A stretch of 24,000 bases of DNA. Origin: Spirochaetia bacterium. Its GTDB lineage: Bacteria; Spirochaetota; Spirochaetia; CADAEX01. The stretch's first letter is position 1. Each line of letters begins with the position of its first letter. A program made the position numbers and the translations under genes. The notes below the pieces were generated by a model. That model saw nothing but the letters and a program-made list of their open reading frames with translations, searched no databases and was not told where the DNA came from. The stretch is from positions 129,647 through 153,646 of the forward strand of contig JAZURI010000003.1 of the NCBI GenBank assembly GCA_045606105.1, given 5' to 3'. Positions 1 to 7,817 of the stretch are shown here, in pieces.

Positions 1-22
1 GTTTTCAGATTATGTTGAAGCC

Positions 23-574
23 ATGGAGTCTGCATATGTTCCGGGAAACATCATATCATTCCACGGCTTTGCCTCCACCGGCAAGAACAGGATCGGCAGG
101 GCTGTTGCCGGAAAGCTGGGTATCCCTTTCATAAGGCTGGATGATGAGATAGAGAAGGAAACCGGCCGGGAAATAATTGATATCATCGAGGAGGAGGGGA
201 CAGAGGTTTTTGTCTCCTGTGAAAGAAAAATCCTTGAAAGAATCATTGAAAGGGGAGAACGTGTTGTTCTGTCCTGCGGAAGCGATACCCTTTTCTCTTC
301 GGAAAACAGGGAACTGCTGAAGCGTTATTCCTGTCCTGTATGGCTGGTGGCAAATTCGGAGCTTATACTCAAGAAAAGATTTTTTCTCTCATACAAGCCT
401 GTGGAGGGGGAAAGCATGATAGATGCGGTAAACAGGCTTTATGAAACCAGACGGATAAATTATGCCGGTTTGTCGGAGCTCATTGTCAGGAGCGATATTG
501 CGGATACCGAAAAAACGGCAGAAAAAATTGTAAACGAGCTGTCGGCAATGACCGAAAAATATTCATCACGATAA
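23..574 (+). CDS. aroK: shikimate kinase-like P-loop kinase
   Basis: 183-aa ORF. N-terminal Walker-A-like 'GFASTGKNRIG' followed by 'IPFIRLDDEIE..TGREI.DI', which matches the size and layout of shikimate kinases. Walker A reads GK-N rather than GK-S/T. The ORF begins close to the window edge. Confidence 0.55.
   Translation: MESAYVPGNIISFHGFASTGKNRIGRAVAGKLGIPFIRLDDEIEKETGREIIDIIEEEGTEVFVSCERKILERIIERGERVVLSCGSDTLFSSENRELLKRYSCPVWLVANSELILKKRFFLSYKPVEGESMIDAVNRLYETRRINYAGLSELIVRSDIADTEKTAEKIVNELSAMTEKYSSR
196..206 (+). repeat. GGGGACAGAGG motif copy (in aroK-like CDS, read as G-T-E)
   Basis: Exact 11-mer. Codons are gaG GGG ACA GAG Gtt. Confidence 0.95.
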
Positions 575-775
575 TCTCTTACCGTCCAGCAGTCCGAAAA
601 GCTGCCCTCTCCCGCAGTAACGGTTACAGTAGCCCTTTGTTCCCGATACAACGGAAATGATCAGAGGGACAAAGAAGCATACAAGGCCGGCCCATGCAAA
701 AAGTATATTGAAGAATCCCAGAGTCAGGTAAATCAGCGATACAATCCACAGATAATCATACCAATGCTTTTTCAT
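566..775 (-). CDS. small two-TM membrane protein with C-x3-C motif (function unknown)
   Basis: I take the start at the internal Met 'MKKHWYDYLWIVSL...', whose ATG overlaps the ferredoxin stop (ATGA at 772-775). Two hydrophobic segments are followed by 'YCNRYCGRGQLF'. The 3' end overlaps the convergent aroK-like gene by 9 nt. Confidence 0.45.
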   Translation of the reverse strand: MKKHWYDYLWIVSLIYLTLGFFNILFAWAGLVCFFVPLIISVVSGTKGYCNRYCGRGQLFGLLDGKRLS

Positions 776-978
776 ACTGCTGTCTCCTTCAGGGTAATGA
801 CACCGGCAGGACATTCCAGGGCACAACGGCCGCATCCTATACATTTTTCATGATCTACCTGAGCCATGATCCCTCTGAAAACCTGAATTGCCCCCTTGGG
901 ACAGACTTTCATGCAGCATCCGCAGGCAACACACTCTTTCTGATTTACATAAGCTTTTCTTTTTTTTCTCTCTGCCAT
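772..978 (-). CDS. 2x[4Fe-4S] ferredoxin
   Basis: 68-aa ORF with two cluster motifs, 'CVACGCCMKVCP' and 'CIGCGRCALECP' (C-x2-C-x2-C-x3-CP). Confidence 0.85.
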   Translation of the reverse strand: MAERKKRKAYVNQKECVACGCCMKVCPKGAIQVFRGIMAQVDHEKCIGCGRCALECPAGVITLKETAV

Positions 979-1034
979 ATAAGAACAATAACAGGTTTCC
1001 GATTTTTTTCAGTGATATTGTTACAAAGCTTCAA

Positions 1035-1658
1035 TCATTGAAAATGGATGAATATAAGAACTGAAATAAAGTTGAAAAGGAAGTGAGCTACCGTATTTAC
1101 TATAATACTGCCGTATTTCCTGAAAAAATATCCTAAAAGCAGTCCCATGATGAAAATCAGGATAACATTGAAGATACCCTGGTATATGTGTCCGGAGGCA
1201 AAGACCAGGGCGCTTGCTGTCATGGCGGGGACAGAGGATATAATCTTTTCAAAGGACCTGAACATATATGCCCTGAAGAAAAGCTCCTCTGCCAGGCCGG
1301 CAACTATGAACATGGGAATCAGCAGGAGTTCCGTATCTCCGGAAACTTTCATAAAGTCTCCTCCTGTATCGGGAAGAATAAACCGGCCGGCAATACCGGT
1401 CAGGTACAATGTTCCCAAGATTAAGGCAGTTCTTTGAATATCCCTGACCTCAAGAGCTCTGAAACCCATTTCCTTGAGAGTATATTTCTTTATTTTAAAA
1501 ATAAATATGAAAAGAAGAAGCAGCTGTATCGATGCCACTGCAGTTGCTTTTACTGCGTATGAGGCATTGATTTCAAGAACCGAACCCGATTTCATGAACG
1601 GGTTATAAAGAATGAGAAAAATAATGAGGGGTTCTGCTGCCGGTAATATTTTTTTCAT
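1035..1658 (-). CDS. CPBP family intramembrane glutamic endopeptidase (CAAX protease/Abi family)
   Basis: 207-aa polytopic ORF with the three CPBP motifs: 'EELFFR' (EExxxR), 'FASGH' (FxxxH) and 'HFLFN' (HxxxN). The start ATG overlaps the stop of the upstream gene by 1 nt. Confidence 0.85.
   Translation of the reverse strand: MKKILPAAEPLIIFLILYNPFMKSGSVLEINASYAVKATAVASIQLLLLFIFIFKIKKYTLKEMGFRALEVRDIQRTALILGTLYLTGIAGRFILPDTGGDFMKVSGDTELLLIPMFIVAGLAEELFFRAYMFRSFEKIISSVPAMTASALVFASGHIYQGIFNVILIFIMGLLLGYFFRKYGSIIVNTVAHFLFNFISVLIFIHFQ
1227..1237 (+). repeat. GGGGACAGAGG motif copy (antisense to minus-strand CPBP gene, which reads S-S-V-P)
   Basis: Exact 11-mer on the + strand. The gene strand reads TCC TCT GTC CCC. 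Confidence 0.95.
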
Positions 1659-3196
1659 TAAATATCGTATTTCTTATGGGACAACCTGAGCTTGTCGGCA
1701 CCATCCAGCTTAGGAAGGACATTTTCACTTTTATCCTTGAACTTTTCCATTCTGCGGAGAATCTTATCAAGCATCTTGATGGCAGTGACGATATATTTTC
1801 CCTTATTGAGCATTACACAGGAGGCCCGCTGGGAAAGGGCTGCATCGGTTATTTCTGCCCTGGTTGGAACTCCGTCCTTGGCCAATGTCTCCAGAACCTG
1901 GGTTGCCCAGATCAGAGGAATATTGGCCGCTTCCGCAATCCTGATTATCTCCTCCTGGATGGTGGCATAGTTTTTCCAGCCTGTCTCAATGGCAAGATCT
2001 CCCCGTGCCAGCATGATTCCGGCCGGATATATCTTCATTGCGGAAAGGATGATGTCAGGAAGGTTTTCAAAAGCTTTTTCAGTCTCTATTTTTACAATTA
2101 TTCCTGTACTCAGACCCATTTCCTTCAGGTCTGAAATCATTTTGTCCAGTTCCCCGGCACTGTTTACGAAAGAGAGGTTGATGGCATCTATGTTCCAGCT
2201 GTCGCTGTGTCTGATGATGGTTTTTATATCCTGTCTGTCCTTGGCTGTGAAACCTGACATTTCCATGGAGGTGTCGGGAAAGTTTATTCCCTTGTCCGGC
2301 TTGAGCTTGCTTCCTCCGGTCTTGGAGTTTGTTATCCTGATGGTTGCCCTGTCGCAGGAAACCTCTTCTGTTATCCCTTCTATCTTGCCGTCATCGAAAA
2401 AGACCCTTTCTCCCGGCTTCAGGAATCTGAAGATTCTTTTATGGGTACATGAAATGGTTGCCGGCTGAAATCCTTCGGCTGTTTCTGCTGCATTTCTTCC
2501 CGGTTCACTGTTTTTGGAAAGAACAAGAATATCTCCTGTCTTAAGGAGGATGAATTCTCCTTCCACTGAGCCTGTCCTGATTTTAGGGCCTGCGATATCC
2601 ATGATGACAGAGCATTCACGGCCTGTTTTCTCAGAGGCTTTTCTGATGTTTTTTATAATCCTGTCCCAGATACGGCTGTTGTCATGGGCACAGTTTATTC
2701 TGGCACAGTTCATTCCTGCATCCAGCATCTCTTCTATTAAGGTGTTGTCTTCGGCTGCAGCTGCAGGCATTGTAACCATGATCCTGGTTTTTCTCTTTTC
2801 CGGTTTTTTCCTGAAAAGATCCCTTGTCCTTTCTTCTATAAGCTTTGCGCTTTTCCGCGGTGAAAGGAGACTTCCGTCGGGATGGACTGTTTCACGGCCT
2901 GTTATTGTATCGGCAATTTCCTTTACCGAAAGCAGGGTATGCATTACATGGGAATTGACATTGGAAAGGTCTGAAAAACCGAGCTTCAGCATCTTTCTCT
3001 GGAGCTTGTCGATATCAAAGCTTCTGAATGCCAGATAATCGAGAAGGTTAAGGGCGCTGACCCTGAATTTCGGATTTACGGCCTTTACCTCTTTCCTGTA
3101 TTTTCTTTCGGTCTTGTAAGCCTTTGTTATTACTTCGTTGAGCTTGTCTGCTATAAAAAGGACCTTCTGTTCCAGAGGTTTTCTTTCGGTACTCAT
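1658..3196 (-). CDS. pyruvate kinase family protein, divergent (N-terminal extension, no C-terminal regulatory domain)
   Basis: 512 aa. PK core motifs are 'MDIAGPKIRTG', 'VKIETEKA', 'MLARGDLAIE', 'ATQVLETL' and 'PTRAEITDAA'. About 135 aa precede the barrel start 'RIMVTMP'. The protein ends soon after the A-domain. Confidence 0.75.
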   Translation of the reverse strand: MSTERKPLEQKVLFIADKLNEVITKAYKTERKYRKEVKAVNPKFRVSALNLLDYLAFRSFDIDKLQRKMLKLGFSDLSNVNSHVMHTLLSVKEIADTITGRETVHPDGSLLSPRKSAKLIEERTRDLFRKKPEKRKTRIMVTMPAAAAEDNTLIEEMLDAGMNCARINCAHDNSRIWDRIIKNIRKASEKTGRECSVIMDIAGPKIRTGSVEGEFILLKTGDILVLSKNSEPGRNAAETAEGFQPATISCTHKRIFRFLKPGERVFFDDGKIEGITEEVSCDRATIRITNSKTGGSKLKPDKGINFPDTSMEMSGFTAKDRQDIKTIIRHSDSWNIDAINLSFVNSAGELDKMISDLKEMGLSTGIIVKIETEKAFENLPDIILSAMKIYPAGIMLARGDLAIETGWKNYATIQEEIIRIAEAANIPLIWATQVLETLAKDGVPTRAEITDAALSQRASCVMLNKGKYIVTAIKMLDKILRRMEKFKDKSENVLPKLDGADKLRLSHKKYDI

Positions 3197-3200
3197 GTCT

Positions 3201-4433
3201 TTATGTGAATTTCCTTATGTTTATCTCTTTTCTGAGAGATGCCTGATGGGTAATCACTGCATTTATGAAGCCCATTACAATAATATCAATCATCACGCTG
3301 AAGCTGATGAGCAGGAACATTACAGGCTGTATAGCAAGCCATCCGTTTTCGATTCCGTGACCGTAGGCGGAACAGAGCATGGTTACGGATACTGCGGTTC
3401 CGACTCCAGGAACAGCACCGAGGATGAAGGAAATAAGGAATGTGTTCAGCATGAGAAAAAAGAAGCTCTCATAGGTGATTTCAATTCCTGTATAGGATCT
3501 GATGATGATAATGATGGCAGCACCTGAAACCATGGCTGTACCGCTTCTGCTGAATACAGTCAGGAACCCGATGATAGGGGCACTGGCCTTTCTTTTTGCA
3601 CCTATGTTTTCAAAGGAGCTTTTTACCAGTGTGTTGGCAGCAAAGTAGATATCGCCGGAAAAGAATGCAGCCATTGCAGGGGCAAGCATGGCGTAGACAG
3701 CCTTGAACGGATTTTCAGTTCTTCTGCAGCAGATGAGAAGCCCCAGCGGAATCAGTATGAAAATCACCACTGCCGAAGCAGCCGCCACAGTTATGAAAAG
3801 ATAACTGTAAAGTCCCATCTGGGAGTTGTTCATGACATAGGCGGTCATGGATGCCGAAAGGAAAACTATACCCAGAGGCATGAACTCTATGATGAGGCTG
3901 TTTATATCGTACATTATCCTGGACATGGAATCAAAGATCTGGCTTATAGGTCTGGTATAGAGGTTTGCATAATTCATGCTGAGACCCATGAGTACGGCCA
4001 GAACCAGCACCGGCAGCAGATAGTTGCCCGATGAAGTGAATATCTCAAAGAAATTATCGGGAAATATCATGGCTATATGGGATGCCAGCGAAGGGAGCAC
4101 ATATCTTGTATCGGTTTCTGCAATAAGGGGGATTCTTCCCTGGAAAACAAGAAGTGCGGCAGCTCCGCCCAGAAGAGTCAGGATCAGCGATGAGGCAACG
4201 GTGAAGGATACAGTCTTGATAAAGATTCCCAGAAGCCGTTTTTCAGTCATCAGCTTTGAAACCGAAAAGGCTACGGAAAAGAGAATCATCGGGAAAAATG
4301 TATATTTTCCTATGCACAGGATTATCCTGTGTCCGGTATCAAAAACAACCGGATCGGAGAAGAAATCCTTCATGGTTATCCCCAGGACAGCTCCCACTAC
4401 AGCTCCCAGAAGATATTTTATCCATATTTTCAT
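3201..4433 (-). CDS. polytopic transporter, probably dicarboxylate/amino acid:cation symporter (DAACS) family
   Basis: 410-aa highly hydrophobic ORF. Length and Gly/Pro-rich re-entrant-like segments ('AVPGVGTAVS', 'FSRSGTAMVSGAA') resemble the SDF/GltP family. The assignment is by recollection of family features only. Confidence 0.5.
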   Translation of the reverse strand: MKIWIKYLLGAVVGAVLGITMKDFFSDPVVFDTGHRIILCIGKYTFFPMILFSVAFSVSKLMTEKRLLGIFIKTVSFTVASSLILTLLGGAAALLVFQGRIPLIAETDTRYVLPSLASHIAMIFPDNFFEIFTSSGNYLLPVLVLAVLMGLSMNYANLYTRPISQIFDSMSRIMYDINSLIIEFMPLGIVFLSASMTAYVMNNSQMGLYSYLFITVAAASAVVIFILIPLGLLICCRRTENPFKAVYAMLAPAMAAFFSGDIYFAANTLVKSSFENIGAKRKASAPIIGFLTVFSRSGTAMVSGAAIIIIIRSYTGIEITYESFFFLMLNTFLISFILGAVPGVGTAVSVTMLCSAYGHGIENGWLAIQPVMFLLISFSVMIDIIVMGFINAVITHQASLRKEINIRKFT

Positions 4434-4548
4434 ATAAAAAATGATAACTTATATTAATTGCATAGTCAATAATAAGGTTTTTTCGAGTCTTGAAACTTTC
4501 GTGTAATTTTGTTTTAATAAAAAAAATTTTCCACTTCAGGAGATTAAA

Positions 4549-5844
4549 ATGATTGTATGCAAGTTTGGCGGAAGCTCTGTAGCAGATGCCGTACAGATTT
4601 CCAAGACACAGAATATCGTGAAGGGCAATCCTGACAGAAAGATTGTTGTTGTATCGGCTCCCGGCAAAAGGGATAAGGAAGATGACAAGATTACGGATCT
4701 GCTTTATAAATGTCACAATCTTGCAAGCAATGACAAGCCTATAGATTCCGCATGGGAAAAGATCAGGAACCGCTATCTCCAGATTGCGGCAGTTCTCGAT
4801 ATCACATGGGATCTGAAGGAGGAGCTTGATTATATTGAAAACAAGCTTGCCGGAAAATGCAGCTCAGACTATGCAGCAAGCCGCGGGGAATATCTTAATG
4901 CCAAGCTTATCTCACTTTATTTCGGATTTGAGTTCCTGGACAGTGCAGAGGTGATAAGACTGGGGGACAGAGGTGAGATTCTTCCTGAGACCTACGACCT
5001 TATAAGGGAGGCTGTGGATCCTGACAAATATTATGTGGTACCTGGCTTCTACGGACTGGGACCTGACGGAGAGATAAAGACCTTCTCCAGAGGCGGCTCC
5101 GACATTACCGGAAGTATCTATTCAAAGGCCCTTGAAGCGGATATATATGAAAACTGGACCGATGTTTCGGGTATCTATACCACAGACCCTAGAGTTGCAG
5201 AGGCCGCAAGACCTATCGACGACATTACATACAGGGAAATGAGGGAGATGGCATATCTCGGAGCAAACGTGTTCCATGAAGAGGCCATTGCACCGGCCCG
5301 CCAGGCAGACATTTCCATCAATATCAAGAATACAAACGCACCCGGGGACAGAGGAACCTTCATCAATTCCGTCAGGGATGCATCAAAGCAGGCGGTAGCA
5401 GGAATTGCCGGCAAGAGACATTTCCGCCGTATTACTGTTGAAAAATATAAGCTTGAGGACATGCACGAGCTTCATTTTGAGCTCAAGAAGGCACTTGGTG
5501 CTCTCGGTCTTATCATTGCATTCGAGCTTAAGGGAATTGATACCCTCAATTTCTATGTTCAGGATGAAAAGATGATTGACTGGGATTCCTTCGGTGAAAA
5601 GCTCAAGGCTGATCTCGATGTGGAGAAGGTGGTATATTCCGAGGACCTGGCTGTAATCGGAATAATCGGCGAAGGACTTGCCGTTTCATTCTCACATGTG
5701 CTTGAGATTCTCAATGCTGTCGGAAAAGAGGGCATCAACATAGAAAACATCAACTGCGGTGGTTCACCTATTTCTGCCGTTCTTGTTATCCGTGACGAGG
5801 ACTATGTAAAGGCAATGAATGTCATTGCTTCCGTTATTGCCTGA
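4549..5844 (+). CDS. lysC: aspartate kinase
   Basis: 431 aa. N-terminal 'KFGGSSVA' amino-acid-kinase motif, 'VVVSAPGK', 'FSRGGSD.TG' and a C-terminal ACT-like region. RBS 'caggag' lies upstream of the ATG. Confidence 0.9.
   Translation: MIVCKFGGSSVADAVQISKTQNIVKGNPDRKIVVVSAPGKRDKEDDKITDLLYKCHNLASNDKPIDSAWEKIRNRYLQIAAVLDITWDLKEELDYIENKLAGKCSSDYAASRGEYLNAKLISLYFGFEFLDSAEVIRLGDRGEILPETYDLIREAVDPDKYYVVPGFYGLGPDGEIKTFSRGGSDITGSIYSKALEADIYENWTDVSGIYTTDPRVAEAARPIDDITYREMREMAYLGANVFHEEAIAPARQADISINIKNTNAPGDRGTFINSVRDASKQAVAGIAGKRHFRRITVEKYKLEDMHELHFELKKALGALGLIIAFELKGIDTLNFYVQDEKMIDWDSFGEKLKADLDVEKVVYSEDLAVIGIIGEGLAVSFSHVLEILNAVGKEGINIENINCGGSPISAVLVIRDEDYVKAMNVIASVIA
4963..4973 (+). repeat. GGGGACAGAGG motif copy (in lysC, read as G-D-R-G)
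   Basis: Exact 11-mer. Codons are GGG GAC AGA GGt. Confidence 0.95.
5344..5354 (+). repeat. GGGGACAGAGG motif copy (in lysC, read as G-D-R-G)
   Basis: Exact 11-mer. Codons are GGG GAC AGA GGa. Confidence 0.95.
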
Positions 5845-5851
5845 ACCTGAT

Positions 5852-7096
5852 ATGAAAAAAACAGCTGCAGCCATACTGTTTCTGCTCATGCTTGCGGTTT
5901 TTCCCACATGGGGGGACGGTATCATGCCGCCTGAGCCGGTGCTCAACTGCAGGGCTGCTGTCCTTATGGACTATGATACGGGGACAGTGCTTTTCAGCAA
6001 GAACCCCTCGGCTGAAATTCCCCCGGCCTCAATGACAAAACTCATGACCTCCTTTCTCCTTTTCGAAAAAATAGAGAGGGGAGAGCTTTCACTTGATGAT
6101 ATCTATACCGTTTCCGAAAAGGCCGATTTCAAGAATGCACCACCCAGGTCGTCACTGCTTTTTCTGGAACGGGGACAGAGGTTGACAATAAAGGAGCTGG
6201 TTACAGGGCTTCTTGTGGTTTCCGGCAATGATGCGGCCACGGCAGTGGCAGAGCTGGTTGCAGGGGGACGGGAGGAGTGTGTCGCCCTGATGAACAAACG
6301 GGCCGCGGAGCTTGGGTTTCCTTCCTTTCATTTTGAGGATGTATCCGGGTACGACAGCCGCAACAAGGTCAATCCCCTTGATTTCTGCCGTTTCTGCAGG
6401 CTCTACATAAAAACCTGCTACGATTATTTTGCCGACATAGTGGGAATCGAAACATTGGGATATCCCGAAAGAAAGCATCTGGCAGGGACCAAGCCTACCT
6501 ACGGAAAAATTGTCCAGAACAATTCCAACGAGCTGATAGGGCGGTACGACGGAGTCGATGGCATTAAAACAGGTTATATAGATGAATCCGGCTATAATGT
6601 GGCCCTGACAGCCCGGAGGGACGGAATGAGGCTTGTGGCCGTGATAATGGGAATCGATGCCTCCAAACCTTCGGAGGGAAAGCTTCTCAGGGGAATAGAC
6701 GGATCTGCCCTGATTACCTATGGCTTCAGCACTTTCAGAACCTTCAGACCGGCTATGGGTGAAAAGCTTGAGATTCCGGTTTATCACTGCAGCAGCAAAA
6801 AAGCGGAAATAGTTCCGGTAATAGATACACCTGTCACTGTCCCTTACAGCCGTCTCGGAGAGCTGGTTTTCAATGTGAGCATGAAACAGGATATGAAGGG
6901 GGAAATGGCTGCGGGGACAGAGGTTGGCCGCTATACCCTGACTCTCGGGGACAGAGGTTTGGCAGAAGGTCCCATGGTTCTCAGTGAAGGGACAGAAAAA
7001 TGTTCACCTTTGCAGAATATCCCCGAATTCTTCCGCTTCCTGTTTAAAAAGTCAGTTGCAGAAAGGAAAATATCTGCTATAATATCACAGTTATGA
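5852..7096 (+). CDS. D-alanyl-D-alanine carboxypeptidase (PBP5/6-type serine peptidase)
   Basis: SxxK 'SMTK', SxN 'SGND' and KTG 'KTGY' motifs occur in the correct order. I chose the start at 'MKKTAAAILFLLMLAVFPTWG' (signal peptide) rather than the ORF-track start at 5819. Confidence 0.9.
   Translation: MKKTAAAILFLLMLAVFPTWGDGIMPPEPVLNCRAAVLMDYDTGTVLFSKNPSAEIPPASMTKLMTSFLLFEKIERGELSLDDIYTVSEKADFKNAPPRSSLLFLERGQRLTIKELVTGLLVVSGNDAATAVAELVAGGREECVALMNKRAAELGFPSFHFEDVSGYDSRNKVNPLDFCRFCRLYIKTCYDYFADIVGIETLGYPERKHLAGTKPTYGKIVQNNSNELIGRYDGVDGIKTGYIDESGYNVALTARRDGMRLVAVIMGIDASKPSEGKLLRGIDGSALITYGFSTFRTFRPAMGEKLEIPVYHCSSKKAEIVPVIDTPVTVPYSRLGELVFNVSMKQDMKGEMAAGTEVGRYTLTLGDRGLAEGPMVLSEGTEKCSPLQNIPEFFRFLFKKSVAERKISAIISQL
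6171..6181 (+). repeat. GGGGACAGAGG motif copy (in carboxypeptidase CDS, read as R-G-Q-R)
   Basis: Exact 11-mer. Codons are cGG GGA CAG AGG. Confidence 0.95.
6913..6923 (+). repeat. GGGGACAGAGG motif copy (in carboxypeptidase CDS, read as G-T-E)
   Basis: Exact 11-mer. Codons are gcG GGG ACA GAG Gtt. Confidence 0.95.
6947..6957 (+). repeat. GGGGACAGAGG motif copy (in carboxypeptidase CDS, read as G-D-R-G)
   Basis: Exact 11-mer. Codons are GGG GAC AGA GGt. It shares the 14-mer cGGGGACAGAGGTT with the copy 34 nt upstream. Confidence 0.95.
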
Positions 7097-7347
7097 CACG
7101 GGAAGATTTTATTTTTACGATAGGTTTTGACGGAGACGGTCCTGTAGTTGACAAGCTGAATGCAAAAAAATTCGGAAAACTGGGGACAGAGGATTTATTC
7201 AGGGAAGGTTTTTACAAGTCGGCAGTATGCTCTGCGGTCTTTTCAGGCAGTGAAGCGCAGGAAAAGCTGATTCTTGATCTCTACAATGAAAAATCGGACA
7301 GAAAGGTAGGTTCCTTTGCCGAACTGAAGGCTGTTTTCGGAGTCTGA
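7093..7347 (+). CDS. hypothetical small protein
   Basis: 84-aa ORF whose ATG overlaps the upstream stop (ATGA). It is on the same strand as its neighbours. I recognise no motif. Confidence 0.4.
   Translation: MTREDFIFTIGFDGDGPVVDKLNAKKFGKLGTEDLFREGFYKSAVCSAVFSGSEAQEKLILDLYNEKSDRKVGSFAELKAVFGV
7182..7192 (+). repeat. GGGGACAGAGG motif copy (in 84-aa hypothetical ORF, read as G-T-E)
   Basis: Exact 11-mer. Codons are ctG GGG ACA GAG Gat. Confidence 0.95.
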
Positions 7348-7422
7348 ACTTTCTTTATTGACTAGAGACTTATTTAGTGATAATTATTATAAGATAATTA
7401 ATTTTTTCTTAAAGGAAACAAC

Positions 7423-7797
7423 ATGAACAGTATTCTTATGGACATGCCTGTACTTCAGGGCGCAGGAAACGGACTTACAACTTTGTTCACCTTTGGTGGT
7501 GTAATCCTCATTTTCTACTTCTTTATTATTCGTCCTCAGAACAAGAAGAATAAAGAGACACAGAAGATGCTGGCCGGACTCAAAAAATTTGACAAGGTTG
7601 TAACAATCGGCGGTATCAGAGGGGTTGTACAGACAGTCAAGGAGCAGAGTGTTATTGTCAAGGTTGACGATAATGCAAAGATTGAGTTCACAAAGGGTGC
7701 AATTGCACAGGTTCTTGAAAGTCACGAGGCAAAACTTGACGGTGACGGAAAAGAGATCGAAAGCGACAAAGAAAAAAATAAAAAAGAAGATAAATAA
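7423..7797 (+). CDS. yajC: preprotein translocase subunit YajC
   Basis: Single TM segment followed by 'FFIIRPQNKK..E..KML..LKK.DKVVT.GGI.G.V', the YajC signature. It lies directly upstream of secD and secF. It has a Lys/Glu-rich C-terminal tail. Confidence 0.9.
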   Translation: MNSILMDMPVLQGAGNGLTTLFTFGGVILIFYFFIIRPQNKKNKETQKMLAGLKKFDKVVTIGGIRGVVQTVKEQSVIVKVDDNAKIEFTKGAIAQVLESHEAKLDGDGKEIESDKEKNKKEDK

Positions 7798-7817
7798 AAC
7801 ACCGGAGAAATGATTTT

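Noticed and set aside
4434-4548. A possible lysine riboswitch or leader upstream of aspartate kinase.
   Set aside because: The spacer is only about 115 nt and extremely AT-rich, and I can trace no conserved L-box helices. It is too short for that riboswitch class.
4943-4980. CAGAGGTGA occurs twice 24 nt apart in lysC (4945 and 4969). The second occurrence is the tail of a motif copy, hinting at a local duplication.
   Set aside because: The shared segment is only 9-10 nt, the frame is preserved and the peptide is plausible. I cannot distinguish this from chance without orthologue alignments.
7348-7422. A candidate promoter upstream of yajC (TTGACT at 7358-7363).
   Set aside because: The best -10 candidates give non-optimal geometry. 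GATAAT at 7379-7384 leaves a 15-nt spacer. At 17 nt the hexamer is TAATTA, a poor match. The support is not strong enough to annotate.
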